The notes beneath the pieces were generated by a model. It made no database searches. It worked only from the letters and a program-made list of their open reading frames with translations, and was not told the DNA's origin. A DNA stretch of 64,000 nucleotides from Parcubacteria group bacterium Gr01-1014_20 (lineage in GTDB: Bacteria; Patescibacteriota; Minisyncoccia; UBA6257; 2-01-FULL-56-20), in assembly GCA_007376265.1 (NCBI GenBank), contig VMFW01000003.1, forward strand, positions 1,315 to 65,314. Reading direction: 5' to 3'. The translations under genes were made by a program, and so were the position numbers. Below, piece by piece: positions 8,893 through 19,812 of this stretch (positions within the stretch are counted from its first letter, which is position 1; each line of letters opens with the position of its first letter).

Positions 8893-9609
8893 CTAAGGAT
8901 TGACTGATTCGGTCGAGGTGGCAGGGTTTTCCGTTTCGGTTTCCGGTTTATTTTGGTCTTCGCCGTCTACTTTGGGTTGGGGTTCGTAGGAGACTTGGCG
9001 GATCGTTTTTGTCTCAAGGCCGAGGAATTTTTTACCCTTGATCTCGATGACATTTAGACCCGGACCCAAGACGATTTTTTTGAACCAAAGACCCTCATCG
9101 TTCACTGGGATTTCTTCGGTGGAGCCGCCAACATTAATGGTGACTTTATCGCCCCCCCTTAACTCACCCCTAAAGGTAATTTCGCTAGAGCTTGAGGTGG
9201 TTAGGTTTTCTTCGGGGTAGTAAATAGTGAGACTGGGCTTGCCAAGGATTTTGGAGAACCTTAATCCGAAGTAGGCGGCTATGACGACGACGACGATCAC
9301 AATAACCCAGATTCTTTTAGGAGAAGATTTACCCATGAATCGATTTTCGGGAAGCCTATCTTTAGCGCCGGAACTTGATATTTCTGATCCTTCTTTGAAA
9401 AGTTTCCAGAGTTCTTCACCGCTCACGTTTAGAATTTGACCCAGTTTAATAAAGTATCCACGCAGATATGGAGCGGGAGGGAGATTAGAATGGTTGCCAG
9501 TGATTATATTTTCGAGGTGCCTTTCGGCAACCCCGCTTAATTCGGAGAGCTTTTTTATATCCAGGCCACTTTCTTTGATTTTTGATGAAAGGAGTTCTTG
9601 GAATTCCAT
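8893..9609 (-). CDS. RodZ-like HTH, TM and Ig-like protein
   Basis: XRE-like HTH with LPPAPYLRGY, TM helix, C-terminal beta domain (GPGLNVIEI). Confidence 0.8.
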   Translation of the reverse strand: MEFQELLSSKIKESGLDIKKLSELSGVAERHLENIITGNHSNLPPAPYLRGYFIKLGQILNVSGEELWKLFKEGSEISSSGAKDRLPENRFMGKSSPKRIWVIVIVVVVIAAYFGLRFSKILGKPSLTIYYPEENLTTSSSSEITFRGELRGGDKVTINVGGSTEEIPVNDEGLWFKKIVLGPGLNVIEIKGKKFLGLETKTIRQVSYEPQPKVDGEDQNKPETETENPATSTESVNP

Positions 9610-9615
9610 ATTTTT

Positions 9616-11715
9616 TTATGTGCCCTTATCGGACGTATCAAATCCGTCCTTAAAGCTTTCGCCAAAAACCTCTCTTGGCTTGGCGCCCTCGCCGGGCCCG
9701 ATTAAGCCGTTCTCTTCCATGAGATCGAGGAGGCGTGCGGCGCGAGCATAGCCGACTTTCAGTCGACGTTGAAGGAGGGAGGCGGAGGCTTTCCCTGCTT
9801 CCCGGACAACGTCTACAGCTTCAAGGTACAGTTCATCGTCATCGCCCGCGTTTGGGTTGTAACCGTCGAGGACGTCGCGATTTCCGCTAAGCGAATTTGT
9901 TTCAAGATTGATTTCCTCATCGGATTCATCAGGTTGGTTGTTGGCTTTGATGAAATCGACAACTTTATGAGCCTCCTCTTCGGAGATATAGCCGCCCTGG
10001 ATACGTTTGGGTTTTGAGAATTCAGAGGAGAGAAATAGAAGATCGCCGCCACCAAGAAGTTTTTCAGCGCCAGAGGTGTCGAGGATGGTGCGGGAGTCAA
10101 TTTGGCTCGCGACCTGAAGGGCGATGCGGCTTGTGATGTTGGCTTTGATGAGGCCGGTGATAACTTCAACCGATGGTCTTTGGGTTGAGAGAAGCAGGTG
10201 GATGCCGGTAGCGCGGGCCATTTGGGCGAGCCTCACTATAGAACCCTCAATTTCACGGCCGTAGGAAGTCATTAGGTCGGCCAGCTCGTCAACGACGATC
10301 AAGAGATACGGTATGGCTTCCTCTTTGTTGTTTTCATTGTAGCCCTTGATGTCTTTTCGGCCGGCGTGAAGGAGTAGGTCGTAGCGGCGATCCATTTCGC
10401 TAATAGCCCATCTTAGAACGCCGATGGCTTTTTTGTTTTCGGTGATAACCGGAGTAGCGAGATGGGGAAGGCCCTCGTAGAGAGATAGCTCAACTCGCTT
10501 GGGATCAATCAAGATCATTTTTAGAGTAGCGGGGGAATTTTTGTAGAGGAGAGAGAGGATGATGGAATGAATCATAATGGACTTTCCGGAGCCGGTGGCG
10601 CCAGCGACTAGAAGGTGAGGCATTTTGTCGATTGACGCAAACATTGGTTCGCCACTCACATTTCGGCCGAGGGCAAAGCCTAAGGGGCCGGACTCGTTAA
10701 ATTCGGGATAGATGATCAAACTGCCTAAGCGAACCAGGGCGGCGGCTTTGTTCGGCACTTCGATGCCAACTAAAGACTTACCAGGGATGGGAGCTTCTAT
10801 TCTTATGGGGTGAGTGGCTAGGGCTAGGCTTAGGTCTTGGTTTAGGGCCGTAATTCTTGAAAGCTTTATGCCTTCGGCGGGCTTTAGAGTGTAGCGGGTG
10901 ACTTTAGGGCCAACGTTGATTTCACCCATTTCGACTTGAATGCCGAAGGATTCGAGAGTTCTTTTGATGATGTTCGCGTTAGCCCGAAGGTCGCCGGTGG
11001 TCGGTTTTTCGGTGGTTGATTTTAGAAGTTCGAGGGGAGGGGCGATGTAGTTTTTGATTGTTTTCGGGGTGGTTCTTTTGGCGGGAGGTTTACTGAAAAT
11101 CGCAAGGGGATTCAGAGTTCTTTCCTTTTGATTTTCCGGCGCGTCTTCTTTCTCGTCCTCCTCGTTTTCTTCTTCTACTTCTTCCTCCGGCTCTTCTTCG
11201 TCCTCTTCCTCAACTTCTGTATCTTTGGTTTTTCGTTCGGGGAATTTGATTCGGATTGGGAGATTGAGGGTAACCAAGATGGCGACAACCAAGATGCTCA
11301 CGTTTATGACGGAGGCGGCGATTGTGCCAAAAGGATGTTTTAGCGCTCCGAGGACGAACCCTAGCCAACCGCCGCGCCCAGGTTGAAAAATCTCAACTAA
11401 TCCGAGAGAAGAAAGAATTAAAAGTCCGGCGCCGACGAAGGTGAGCCAGGCAAACTTGTTGCGACCAGAGAGAATAAAAACTCCGGCGGTCAAGATTAAA
11501 CTTGCCGGCAGGAGAAAATAGCCCCAGCCGAAGAGAGTCTCAAAAATTTTAAAGATAAAGTCACCAGCGCCGCCGGCCAGATGAAATCCAGATAAAATAA
11601 GAATAAGGGCAATGGCTAGGGAGCAGATACCCCAAATGCTGCGTTTGGTGTCTGGATGGAGCCAGTCCGGGCCTCGCTCTTCGTCTTCTTTTTCGTTTCG
11701 TTTCTTTTTCGCCAC
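9616..11715 (-). CDS. ftsK: DNA translocase FtsK/SpoIIIE
   Basis: 4 TM, GATGSGKS, LIDPK, VDELADLM, STQRPS, gamma domain ASLLQRRLKVGYARAAR. Confidence 0.97.
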   Translation of the reverse strand: MAKKKRNEKEDEERGPDWLHPDTKRSIWGICSLAIALILILSGFHLAGGAGDFIFKIFETLFGWGYFLLPASLILTAGVFILSGRNKFAWLTFVGAGLLILSSLGLVEIFQPGRGGWLGFVLGALKHPFGTIAASVINVSILVVAILVTLNLPIRIKFPERKTKDTEVEEEDEEEPEEEVEEENEEDEKEDAPENQKERTLNPLAIFSKPPAKRTTPKTIKNYIAPPLELLKSTTEKPTTGDLRANANIIKRTLESFGIQVEMGEINVGPKVTRYTLKPAEGIKLSRITALNQDLSLALATHPIRIEAPIPGKSLVGIEVPNKAAALVRLGSLIIYPEFNESGPLGFALGRNVSGEPMFASIDKMPHLLVAGATGSGKSIMIHSIILSLLYKNSPATLKMILIDPKRVELSLYEGLPHLATPVITENKKAIGVLRWAISEMDRRYDLLLHAGRKDIKGYNENNKEEAIPYLLIVVDELADLMTSYGREIEGSIVRLAQMARATGIHLLLSTQRPSVEVITGLIKANITSRIALQVASQIDSRTILDTSGAEKLLGGGDLLFLSSEFSKPKRIQGGYISEEEAHKVVDFIKANNQPDESDEEINLETNSLSGNRDVLDGYNPNAGDDDELYLEAVDVVREAGKASASLLQRRLKVGYARAARLLDLMEENGLIGPGEGAKPREVFGESFKDGFDTSDKGT

Positions 11716-11783
11716 GGGTTTATGCTCTATATTTTCTTACATTTATTGAAAAAAAACAAACCTTATCTTATAATCCAATAATT

Positions 11784-13982
11784 ATGGATTTTCGGGATAT
11801 TACTGAAAGAGAAAAATATCTTGAGGCGTTGAAGGGAGAATATTACCGAACTGTTCAAGATGTCACGCCAGATTGGATAAAGGATAGCCCGGTTTTCGAT
11901 TTGAGTAACGAAGGTGAGATCGAGTTGGTTTTAACCAAGGATTTTGTTCAAAAATACGGACTAGAGTCGTGGCTAGCTAATTATAAGAAAGAGGCACAGC
12001 ATTCGACTGGCGGTATAAGAGGGCCGCAAAATATTTTGTATCCGTGGGATTCAAGATTTCCGATTAATCAGATTGGAGTTGTTCTAGCAACACTCGGAAA
12101 AAGCTTAGTTTTGAGAGATAGAATTTCTGGAAGGGACATTCATAAGGCGGTTTCCGGAGAAGTTCGTTACAACACGAAGCAATACGTAGAACTTATATCT
12201 CGAGTGCATGCTGCTTGTGGAATCTATACTCACCAAACACTAAACAACGATCCAGTGGCGATTTGGTTGGCATCCTTTTTTATTTTTATGAAAGATTGTG
12301 ACGGGGGAGAATTTGTTACATCAAGTCACGCGATCAGTAGTAAAATTGCCACTAAGGATTTGGATGATCAGGGTAGTCAGTTTTTGCCGGAGATGTCTAT
12401 GGCTTTCATTGCAAAGATTGAAGAGATTATAAAAATCGCGAAGGAATCTCCTGGTGGCTATAGGATTACTCTGGCTCCCAAAAAAAACGATTTTATTATT
12501 CAAGATTTCGAAGCTAATAAACTTTATGCGAATTACTTAAGAGGAGGTGTTGCCACAAAAGAAAACGTTGAATTGATAAGAACAGCAGCCGAGCAAGGAA
12601 TGAGATTGATGATGGAGACAGTCGGGGGATCGATGTATCGAACCATGAAACCACTTCTTGAGGAGTTTGGGGTTTTTGAGGTTTTTGATTGGAATAATAA
12701 AGAAGAAGATCCATTTTTTCACGGGGTGGGTAAGACTAGGAAGCTCAATCCAAAGACTAATCAGGAAGAGTTTTTTGACTTATCATGCGATGCGTCGTTG
12801 CCAGACGTCGAGAATACTATGTTTTATGAATACTTCTTGAAAGATAAGCCTGTTGGTTATGTGCTTTTTATCACTGATCCAGATGGGGATCGCTTAGTGA
12901 TTGGGCAAGTTGAGCCGATAGCCCATAAACAAAGATTAGATAATCTTGGGGTTCACTCGATAAAAGTTGGCGAAGAGAAAATTGTTTCTTTCTATCACCC
13001 GACCTTTTCTTTTCTGATGGTGATGGATTTTTATATGAAACAGATGAAAAAGGCTGGGCTTTGGGATAAACATCCTCGCTTTATGGTTATTACTACTCCC
13101 TGTTCCCGAGCTTGGGATGAGTGGGCTATGGCAAATGGAGTATCGATTATTACAACGCCAGTGGGTTTTAAGGAGATTGCAACGGCCATTAAAAAAATTG
13201 AAAAGAAGCTTTTCTTGAATCCCAGTGAAGCTGTGACGATAACAGATATTTGGGGGAAAGATATTGGTTTAGGGGTTGACCCTCGCCTGGCTTTTGCCGG
13301 AGAAGAAAGCGGAGGGATGATAATTGGCCCCGAGGAAATCATAAAAAGTGAAAAAGGCAGGAGAGCTTTGGTTATGCGAGAAAAAAGTGCGGGCGAGGCT
13401 TCTATGATTACGGCTGCTCTCGCGGCACATCTTTTCTTGGAAAAAAAATCAATGCTTCAGTATTTAGAGGAAGTATTTCGTGAGTCCAATATAGTTCATC
13501 GCTACTATGAAAGAGTTGACATTACTTATTACAACGAAAGTGAGCCGAACCCTGAACAGTTGTTAAAAGCTAAAACTGAAGGGGAGGTGAAACGTGATAA
13601 AATTGACCTTTATTATTTGGGGATCGTCATGGCCTTAAGGGAGAGTTTAGTTAACATAGATGACGCAAGAAAAATTTTAAATGAGGCAATCCCTCAATTG
13701 GATTTTTCGGATATGGAAGATGTGTGTTTTACTGGCGATGCAACATATTTCAAATTCAAGAATATGTTTGTCCAGGTTAGAAAATCTGGAACTGATGCAA
13801 AACTTAGGGGCTATAGTAACGGCGATGATAGGAGTAAGTGTCTTAAATACTTGGATGCTCTGGTTCATTATTCGGGGGAGATCACACCTTTATATGGCAG
13901 CAAGATCCCAGCTACTTTTCGAGAGACTATTTACGACAAAACTAAAATGATATACGAGAATTACCTTTACTCTGGTTTGTGA
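11784..13982 (+). CDS. Large alpha-D-phosphohexomutase family protein
   Basis: STGGIRG, TSSH phosphoserine loop, DPDGDR, GEESGG, RKSGT. Confidence 0.85.
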   Translation: MDFRDITEREKYLEALKGEYYRTVQDVTPDWIKDSPVFDLSNEGEIELVLTKDFVQKYGLESWLANYKKEAQHSTGGIRGPQNILYPWDSRFPINQIGVVLATLGKSLVLRDRISGRDIHKAVSGEVRYNTKQYVELISRVHAACGIYTHQTLNNDPVAIWLASFFIFMKDCDGGEFVTSSHAISSKIATKDLDDQGSQFLPEMSMAFIAKIEEIIKIAKESPGGYRITLAPKKNDFIIQDFEANKLYANYLRGGVATKENVELIRTAAEQGMRLMMETVGGSMYRTMKPLLEEFGVFEVFDWNNKEEDPFFHGVGKTRKLNPKTNQEEFFDLSCDASLPDVENTMFYEYFLKDKPVGYVLFITDPDGDRLVIGQVEPIAHKQRLDNLGVHSIKVGEEKIVSFYHPTFSFLMVMDFYMKQMKKAGLWDKHPRFMVITTPCSRAWDEWAMANGVSIITTPVGFKEIATAIKKIEKKLFLNPSEAVTITDIWGKDIGLGVDPRLAFAGEESGGMIIGPEEIIKSEKGRRALVMREKSAGEASMITAALAAHLFLEKKSMLQYLEEVFRESNIVHRYYERVDITYYNESEPNPEQLLKAKTEGEVKRDKIDLYYLGIVMALRESLVNIDDARKILNEAIPQLDFSDMEDVCFTGDATYFKFKNMFVQVRKSGTDAKLRGYSNGDDRSKCLKYLDALVHYSGEITPLYGSKIPATFRETIYDKTKMIYENYLYSGL

Positions 13983-14115
13983 GGTCGGGATAGTATTAGG
14001 TAGGTTTGTTCATATCTTGTGAATTGACTAGCCATACCAGCGGCGGTAGATTGAAAATAGGAACTTAAAGTTCAATAAAGTTAACCCTCAAGCCAGTTAA
14101 AGGAGGTGAGACGGG

Positions 14116-14367
14116 ATGAGTTTCCTTGGTAGGCAGTTGCTTTTGGAGACCCTGACCCACTTTGGGGTGATGGTCTGGCAACGGAAGGTAAAGCCGGAAG
14201 ACGTGGCAGAGGTAGTTGAGGCGCTTTCTCGCAACAAGGCCGTTATTCTTAGGGGAATGACGGATGTGGCTAGTAAGCGTAAGACAACTTCAGACGTGGT
14301 TGAAAGCCTAACTAGGAGGGTCCAAAACAGTGATTCCGACATGCTCCCTCGCCGCATGGCGAATTAG
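14116..14367 (+). CDS. Small hypothetical protein
   Basis: AAGGAGGTGA SD; own terminator downstream. Confidence 0.6.
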   Translation: MSFLGRQLLLETLTHFGVMVWQRKVKPEDVAEVVEALSRNKAVILRGMTDVASKRKTTSDVVESLTRRVQNSDSDMLPRRMAN

Positions 14368-14375
14368 TGCCAGTT

Positions 14376-14411
14376 AAAAAGGGACTTCAAGAATATCTTG
14401 GGGCCCTTTTT
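14376..14411. terminator. Bidirectional-type terminator
   Basis: AAAAAGGG...CAAG-loop-CTTG...CCCTTTTT. Confidence 0.65.
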
Positions 14412-14489
14412 ATTTTTCTTGTTCACTTGCGCTCAAGCGTGCCTTCGATTGACCCTCCCCTTGGCTCGTGGTAGGCTGTGTTGGAAATT

Positions 14490-14972
14490 ATGAATCAAGT
14501 TTTGTTTAACAGCTCTTACGGATTGAAGCTTGATGTGCCTCAGGTGATCAAGGAGGTGATTGGGTTTATGAACCTGGATCCAAAGAGGAAATACAAGATA
14601 ACGATTGGGACCGATTCGGAACAACTGTCTTCAAATAAGGCAGATTTTGTGACGGCGATAGTGGTGCATCGAGTGGGAAACGGCGGACGATATTTTTGGA
14701 GGCGACAGGAATTTGGAAGATTTCATAACCTAAGGGATCGAATTATAAAGGAAGTAATGGTTTCTCTCGAGATGGCTAAGGATGTCCTCTCCTTGCTTAA
14801 GGAGCACAAAGAAATCGATTTCGATTTTGAGATTCACGCTGATATCGGAGAAAATGGTGAAACTAAAACGATGATTCAGGAAGTGGTGGGAATAATTCGG
14901 GCCTATAACTTTGAGCCGAAAACAAAACCAGGAAGTTACGCGGCCTCAAACGTTGCGGATAGGCATGTTTAA
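14490..14972 (+). CDS. RNase H-like YkuK (DUF458) protein
   Basis: IGTDS, FVTAIVVHRVGNGGRYF, EIHADIGENGET, AASNVADRH; start uncertain (track gives 14478). Confidence 0.88.
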   Translation: MNQVLFNSSYGLKLDVPQVIKEVIGFMNLDPKRKYKITIGTDSEQLSSNKADFVTAIVVHRVGNGGRYFWRRQEFGRFHNLRDRIIKEVMVSLEMAKDVLSLLKEHKEIDFDFEIHADIGENGETKTMIQEVVGIIRAYNFEPKTKPGSYAASNVADRHV

Positions 14973-15071
14973 AAATCTTCTGGCAAAACATCGCCTCTAT
15001 TTTTAGTTGAATTTTTGATCCCACCGCCAACCCGAATGTTTTGCCAGAAGATTTTTGAACCACAGTTTTAA

Positions 15072-15659
15072 TTGAATATGGATACGATAGTTTTTGATAT
15101 CGAAACAAAGAACTTTTTTACCGACCCGGAGGTGGGTTGGAATAATTACGAGGCGCTCAAAATTTCGGTGGTGGGCGTCTATTCTTACGCTCAAGATAAA
15201 TATTTAGTTTTTGATGAAAATGAAATTGAAAAACTAGGGGAACTGCTTCGGGGCGCAGAAAGGTTAGTGGGATTTTCCATGAACCGATACGATGTGCCGG
15301 TTTTGCAGGCGCATTTTCTGGCTTTGCCAGTGACTCGGGATATAGATTTATGGAAGATGGAGCGGTCGGATTTGCTTGATGAAATCGAAATGGGCACAGG
15401 CAAGCGAATCAGTCTAAGTCGTTTGGCGGAAGTAAATTTAGGAGAGGCGAAAAAGAGCAGTGGGGCGGAGGCCATTGTCATGTATAAAGAGGGAAGGATC
15501 GAGGACCTTAAAAGATACTGTCTTGAAGACGTGCGAATTACAAAGGAACTTTATGACTTGTATAGGAAACAGGGATATCTCATGGTGCCAGACAGAGATA
15601 CGGGTGAGCTTTCACGCGTTGGTTATAGTTTGAGCGATAACCAGGGGAGTTTGTTTTAG
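15072..15659 (+). CDS. DEDD/RNase H-like exonuclease domain protein (YprB-like)
   Basis: VFDIET, VGFSMNRYDVPVL, YCLEDV. Confidence 0.85.
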   Translation: MNMDTIVFDIETKNFFTDPEVGWNNYEALKISVVGVYSYAQDKYLVFDENEIEKLGELLRGAERLVGFSMNRYDVPVLQAHFLALPVTRDIDLWKMERSDLLDEIEMGTGKRISLSRLAEVNLGEAKKSSGAEAIVMYKEGRIEDLKRYCLEDVRITKELYDLYRKQGYLMVPDRDTGELSRVGYSLSDNQGSLF

Positions 15660-15806
15660 TTCAGTAATTTACCTCTCGACGAAAGAGTGGGGAGGGGTCT
15701 GCCGTTTAGCTTGGGTAGACTAAAGAAGAAAAGAGAGATTGACAGGATGCTGGAGATTTTTAAAAATGTTATTGGACGATAAAATAAAAAATGGCTTACA
15801 AATGTA

Positions 15807-17099
15807 ATGACCGATAACAAATCAAGGAAAAAGTTTTTAGTTTTAGGAGTGGCGCTCGCGGTTTTGGTTTTACTTTGGGTATTAGTGACGCCGCCCGCGG
15901 CAAGAGCAGATTTCTTCACCGATTTTTGGAACAGCCTAAAAAAACCCTTCTCTTCGGAAGAAGTTCCAGGGGCGGGAGAGGTGAAAACTCCTAGTGAGGT
16001 TTCTAAGAAAGATGTGCCGCTTTATAAGCCGGCACTCGATTACGAGCAGGCGGTAGTGGGGGCGGTTAAGAAAGCGTCACCGGCGGTGGTTTCGATTACG
16101 ATCTCTAAATTAGTGCCGATTCTCGAGAATTGTCGACTGAATCCCTTCGGAGACTTGCCCCCAGAATTTCGTCAGTTTTTTGGCGGTGATGATTTTTTTG
16201 AATTTAGCCAACCCTGTGATAATGGGCGAAAGGAGCTCAAAGAGGTGGGTGGAGGGAGCGGTTTTGTCGTTTCCCAGAATGGTCTGATTTTAACCAATAA
16301 ACACGTGGTTTCAGATAAAACGGCCTCTTATACGGTGATTATGAATGATGGCAAGAAGTATGACGCGAAGGTTTTAGCCAGGGATCCGTCTCAAGACTTG
16401 GCGATAGTGAAAGTAGAAGCTACGGGTTTGCCAGTCGTAGATTTGGGAGATTCAGACACGATTCAGCTTGGTCAATCGGCGATTGCGATTGGCAATGCTT
16501 TGGGTGAGTTTGGCAACACGGTTTCGGTGGGAGTGATTTCGGGTTTGGGTAGAAATGTGACGGCCTCTGGGGGTGATCTGGTGGAGAGTATTAGCGGGGT
16601 GATTCAAACAGACGCGGCCATTAACCCCGGTAATTCTGGTGGACCGCTTTTGAATCTCAAGGGCCAGGTGATTGGGATAAATACCGCCATTGTTTCAGGG
16701 GCGCAGAATATTGGGTTTGCGATTCCGATTAACCGAGCGAAGCGGGATATTAACTCGGTTAAGGCGAGCGGAGAAATTCGAGTACCGTACATTGGAGTTC
16801 GCTACATCGTAGTTACGCCGGATGTGGCTAAAAAACAAAAACTACCCGTTGATTACGGGGTGTTGGTTCGGGGGAGTGATGCGGGTCCGGCGGTGCAACC
16901 GGATTCCCCAGCGGCAAAGACGGGGATTTTGGCGGAAGACATAATTCTAGCGGTTAATAACAAAAAAATAGACGCGGAGAATTCTTTATCCGATTTAATT
17001 TCTAAGTTTAATGTCGGAGAGGTGGTGACGCTCAAAATTAATCGGGGCGGCAAGGAAATATCTCTTACGGTTACTCTCGGCAATAGGCCGCAGAGTTAA
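15807..17099 (+). CDS. htrA: HtrA/DegP-family serine protease with one PDZ domain
   Basis: LTNKHVV, DLAIVK, QTDAAINPGNSGGPL, PDZ. Confidence 0.95.
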   Translation: MTDNKSRKKFLVLGVALAVLVLLWVLVTPPAARADFFTDFWNSLKKPFSSEEVPGAGEVKTPSEVSKKDVPLYKPALDYEQAVVGAVKKASPAVVSITISKLVPILENCRLNPFGDLPPEFRQFFGGDDFFEFSQPCDNGRKELKEVGGGSGFVVSQNGLILTNKHVVSDKTASYTVIMNDGKKYDAKVLARDPSQDLAIVKVEATGLPVVDLGDSDTIQLGQSAIAIGNALGEFGNTVSVGVISGLGRNVTASGGDLVESISGVIQTDAAINPGNSGGPLLNLKGQVIGINTAIVSGAQNIGFAIPINRAKRDINSVKASGEIRVPYIGVRYIVVTPDVAKKQKLPVDYGVLVRGSDAGPAVQPDSPAAKTGILAEDIILAVNNKKIDAENSLSDLISKFNVGEVVTLKINRGGKEISLTVTLGNRPQS

Positions 17100-17239
17100 T
17101 TTTTTCTAGCCCATTACCCTTTGCGTCGACGAGTCGTCTAGGGCGACATCAAGCCTATCGCCACTCCGAAAGTTTCCTCAAAGTAGGCCGGGAAAATTGA
17201 AAATTTTTTCGATGAATGGTAAAGTATAATTGAATTTGT

Positions 17240-19812
17240 ATGCCAAATTTTCATCGTTTTACTATTAAAGCCCAGGAAGCGCTTCAGAGCGCACAGGAAT
17301 TAGCGGCCAAAAAAAGTCATGGCGAGCTTAAGGCTTTGCATCTTCTCTCGATGTTGATCGAGGATCATCAGTCGCTAGTTCAGCCGGTTTTGGTGCGTTC
17401 TGGAATTAATATCGAGAAACTTCACGAGCAAATTGAAATTGAACTTTCGCGAGTTCCGAAATTGGTTAGCGGCTCAAACGTTAGCCAGCTTTATCTTTCT
17501 CAAGAGCTCATGACAATTCTTGATCAGGCGGCCAAGATCGCGGCGCAACAAAAAGATGAATTTATATCTTGCGAACATTTACTAATCGCGATTTTGGATA
17601 TTGCTTCCGGAGCGCAGGGGGTTTTGCAACAGTTTGGTTTGAGACGGGATGTGGCTCTTAAGATCTTGAATCAACTTCGAGGATCGGTCCGGATTACGGA
17701 TGAAACCCCCGAAACAAAATTTCAAGTACTCGAGAAGTATGGAATTAATGTGACTGAAAGAGCTAAGGCGGGGGAGTTGGACCCGGTGATTGGACGGGAT
17801 GAGGAGCTCCGGAGACTGATTCAGGTTTTGAGCCGGAGGACTAAGAACAATCCAGTTTTGATTGGAGAGCCGGGGGTGGGTAAAACCGCTATCGTGGAGG
17901 GTTTGGCTCAGAAAATTATCAGCGGGAACGTGCCCGAACCGCTCAAAGGCAAGCAGATTATCATGCTTGATTTGGGCGCATTAATTGCCGGGACAAAATT
18001 TAGGGGCGAGTTTGAAGATCGGCTAAAGGCCTTTATAAAGGAAGTTAAAAACGAAGCCGGGAGGATCATTCTTTTTATCGATGAGATTCATACGATTGTG
18101 GGGGCTGGGGCGGCCGAGGGGGCGATAGATGCGTCAAACTTATTGAAACCGGCGCTCGCTAGGGGGGAATTGCACGCGGTGGGCGCTACCACCATCCGAG
18201 AGTATCAGCGTTACATTGAGAAAGATCCGGCGCTTGAGAGGAGGTTTCAACCGATTATGGTGGATGAGCCATCTATAGAAGACAGCATCGCTATTCTTCG
18301 GGGGCTTAAGGAGAAGTATGAAATTCATCATGGGCTTCGGATTAGTGATGAAGCCATTGTGGAGGCGGTTAATTTGTCAGCGAGGTATATTACCGATCGA
18401 TTTTTGCCGGACAAGGCAGTGGATTTAATCGATGAGGCGTCGGCGGCGAGGAGGCTTGAGAGTGAGAGTTTGCCGAAAGAGATTGACCGAGTGAGGCAGC
18501 AGATCACTAAGTTTGAAGTTGAAAGGCAGGCCTTGCTTAAGGAGGGAGAGAAGGGGGGCGTAAGACTTAAGGAGATAGAGAGAGAGCTTCGAAAGTTAAA
18601 GCTTGAAAATGACGAGCTTTCGGCTAAGTGGCAGGCGGAAAAAATTGTCTTTGAAACCCTCCACGCCATTAGACAGAAAATTGACAATCTTAAGCGAGAG
18701 GCGGAAGTGTCAGAGCGAGATGGGAATCTGGAGCGCGTGGCGCAAATTATTTATGGCGAACTACCTCAGGCTCAGAAGGAGTTTGATGACTTTGAAAAGA
18801 AGCAGATTGGCAAAAAAGGAAAAAAAGCTAAGCAAGGGACTCGAAAGGTTGGAACGGAGGAAAGATTCCTAAAGGAGACGGTAGATAAAGAAGACATTGC
18901 GGCGGTAGTTTCGAGCTGGACCGGCATTCCTTTAAGGCGGTTTCGAACGCTCTGCGGAGATCGAGAGCAGGGCTTTCGGATGAAAGTCGCCCACTTGGCT
19001 CGTTTATGTTTTTGGGACCGACAGGAGTGGGAAAGACGGAGCTTGCCCGGGCGCTCGCGGAGTTTATGTTTAATGATGAAAAAGCCATGTTGCGTTTTGA
19101 CATGTCGGAATATATGGAACGCCACGCCACAGCGAGGCTAATCGGTTCGCCACCGGGTTATGTGGGCTATGAGGAGGGGGGGCAGTTAACCGAGGCGCTT
19201 CGCCACCGGCCGTACAGTATTATCCTTTTCGACGAAATAGAAAAGGCGCATCCGGAGGTTTTTAACTTGCTCCTGCAGATTTTGGATGACGGGAGGCTCA
19301 CTGACAGCAAGGGGAAACAGGTCAATTTCCGGAATTCTATCATCGTGATGACCTCGAATGCCGGAAGTCAGTACTTTAAGGAAATCTCGAACCTTGGGTT
19401 TGGATCGGATGATAAGGAAGCGAAGGAGGTGAGGGCTCACGACGATTATAGGGAGAGGGTGATGGAGTCTTTGCGGGAAAGTTTTCGGCCGGAGTTTTTG
19501 AACCGGGTGGATGAGATTATTGTTTTTAAACCTCTCAAGCTAACGGACATCGAGAGAATTGTTGACATTCAACTTCAAGCAATCGAGAAGAGATTATCAG
19601 CACATAAAATCCAGATTGCCATTGACGCCTCGGCTCGAGGGCACCTGGCGAAGGAGGGTTTTAGTCCAGAGTTTGGAGCGCGGCCGTTGAAACGGTTGAT
19701 TCAGAAGTTGATTTTGGATAGGCTTGCGGACCAGATCATTCGAGGGGAATTAAAGGATGGTGGAAAAGTTAAAGTTAATTTTAAGGCAAACTCATTGGTC
19801 TTTAGTCGTTAA
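17240..19812 (+). pseudogene. clpB: ClpB chaperone split by a frameshifting deletion near 18933 (or an assembly error)
   Basis: 17240-19141 has N-domain, AAA1 and M-domain; the second frame has AAA2 (GPTGVGKTEL); about 29 codons missing between WTGIP and KAVSNALRRSRAGL. Confidence 0.88.

Noticed and set aside
17100-17240. CIRCE or CtsR operator upstream of clpB
   Set aside because: No TTAGCACTC-N9-GAGTGCTAA or CtsR heptad repeat seen.
18920-19010. Programmed frameshift in clpB
   Set aside because: Conserved residues are physically missing, so a frameshift could not restore the protein; no slippery site.
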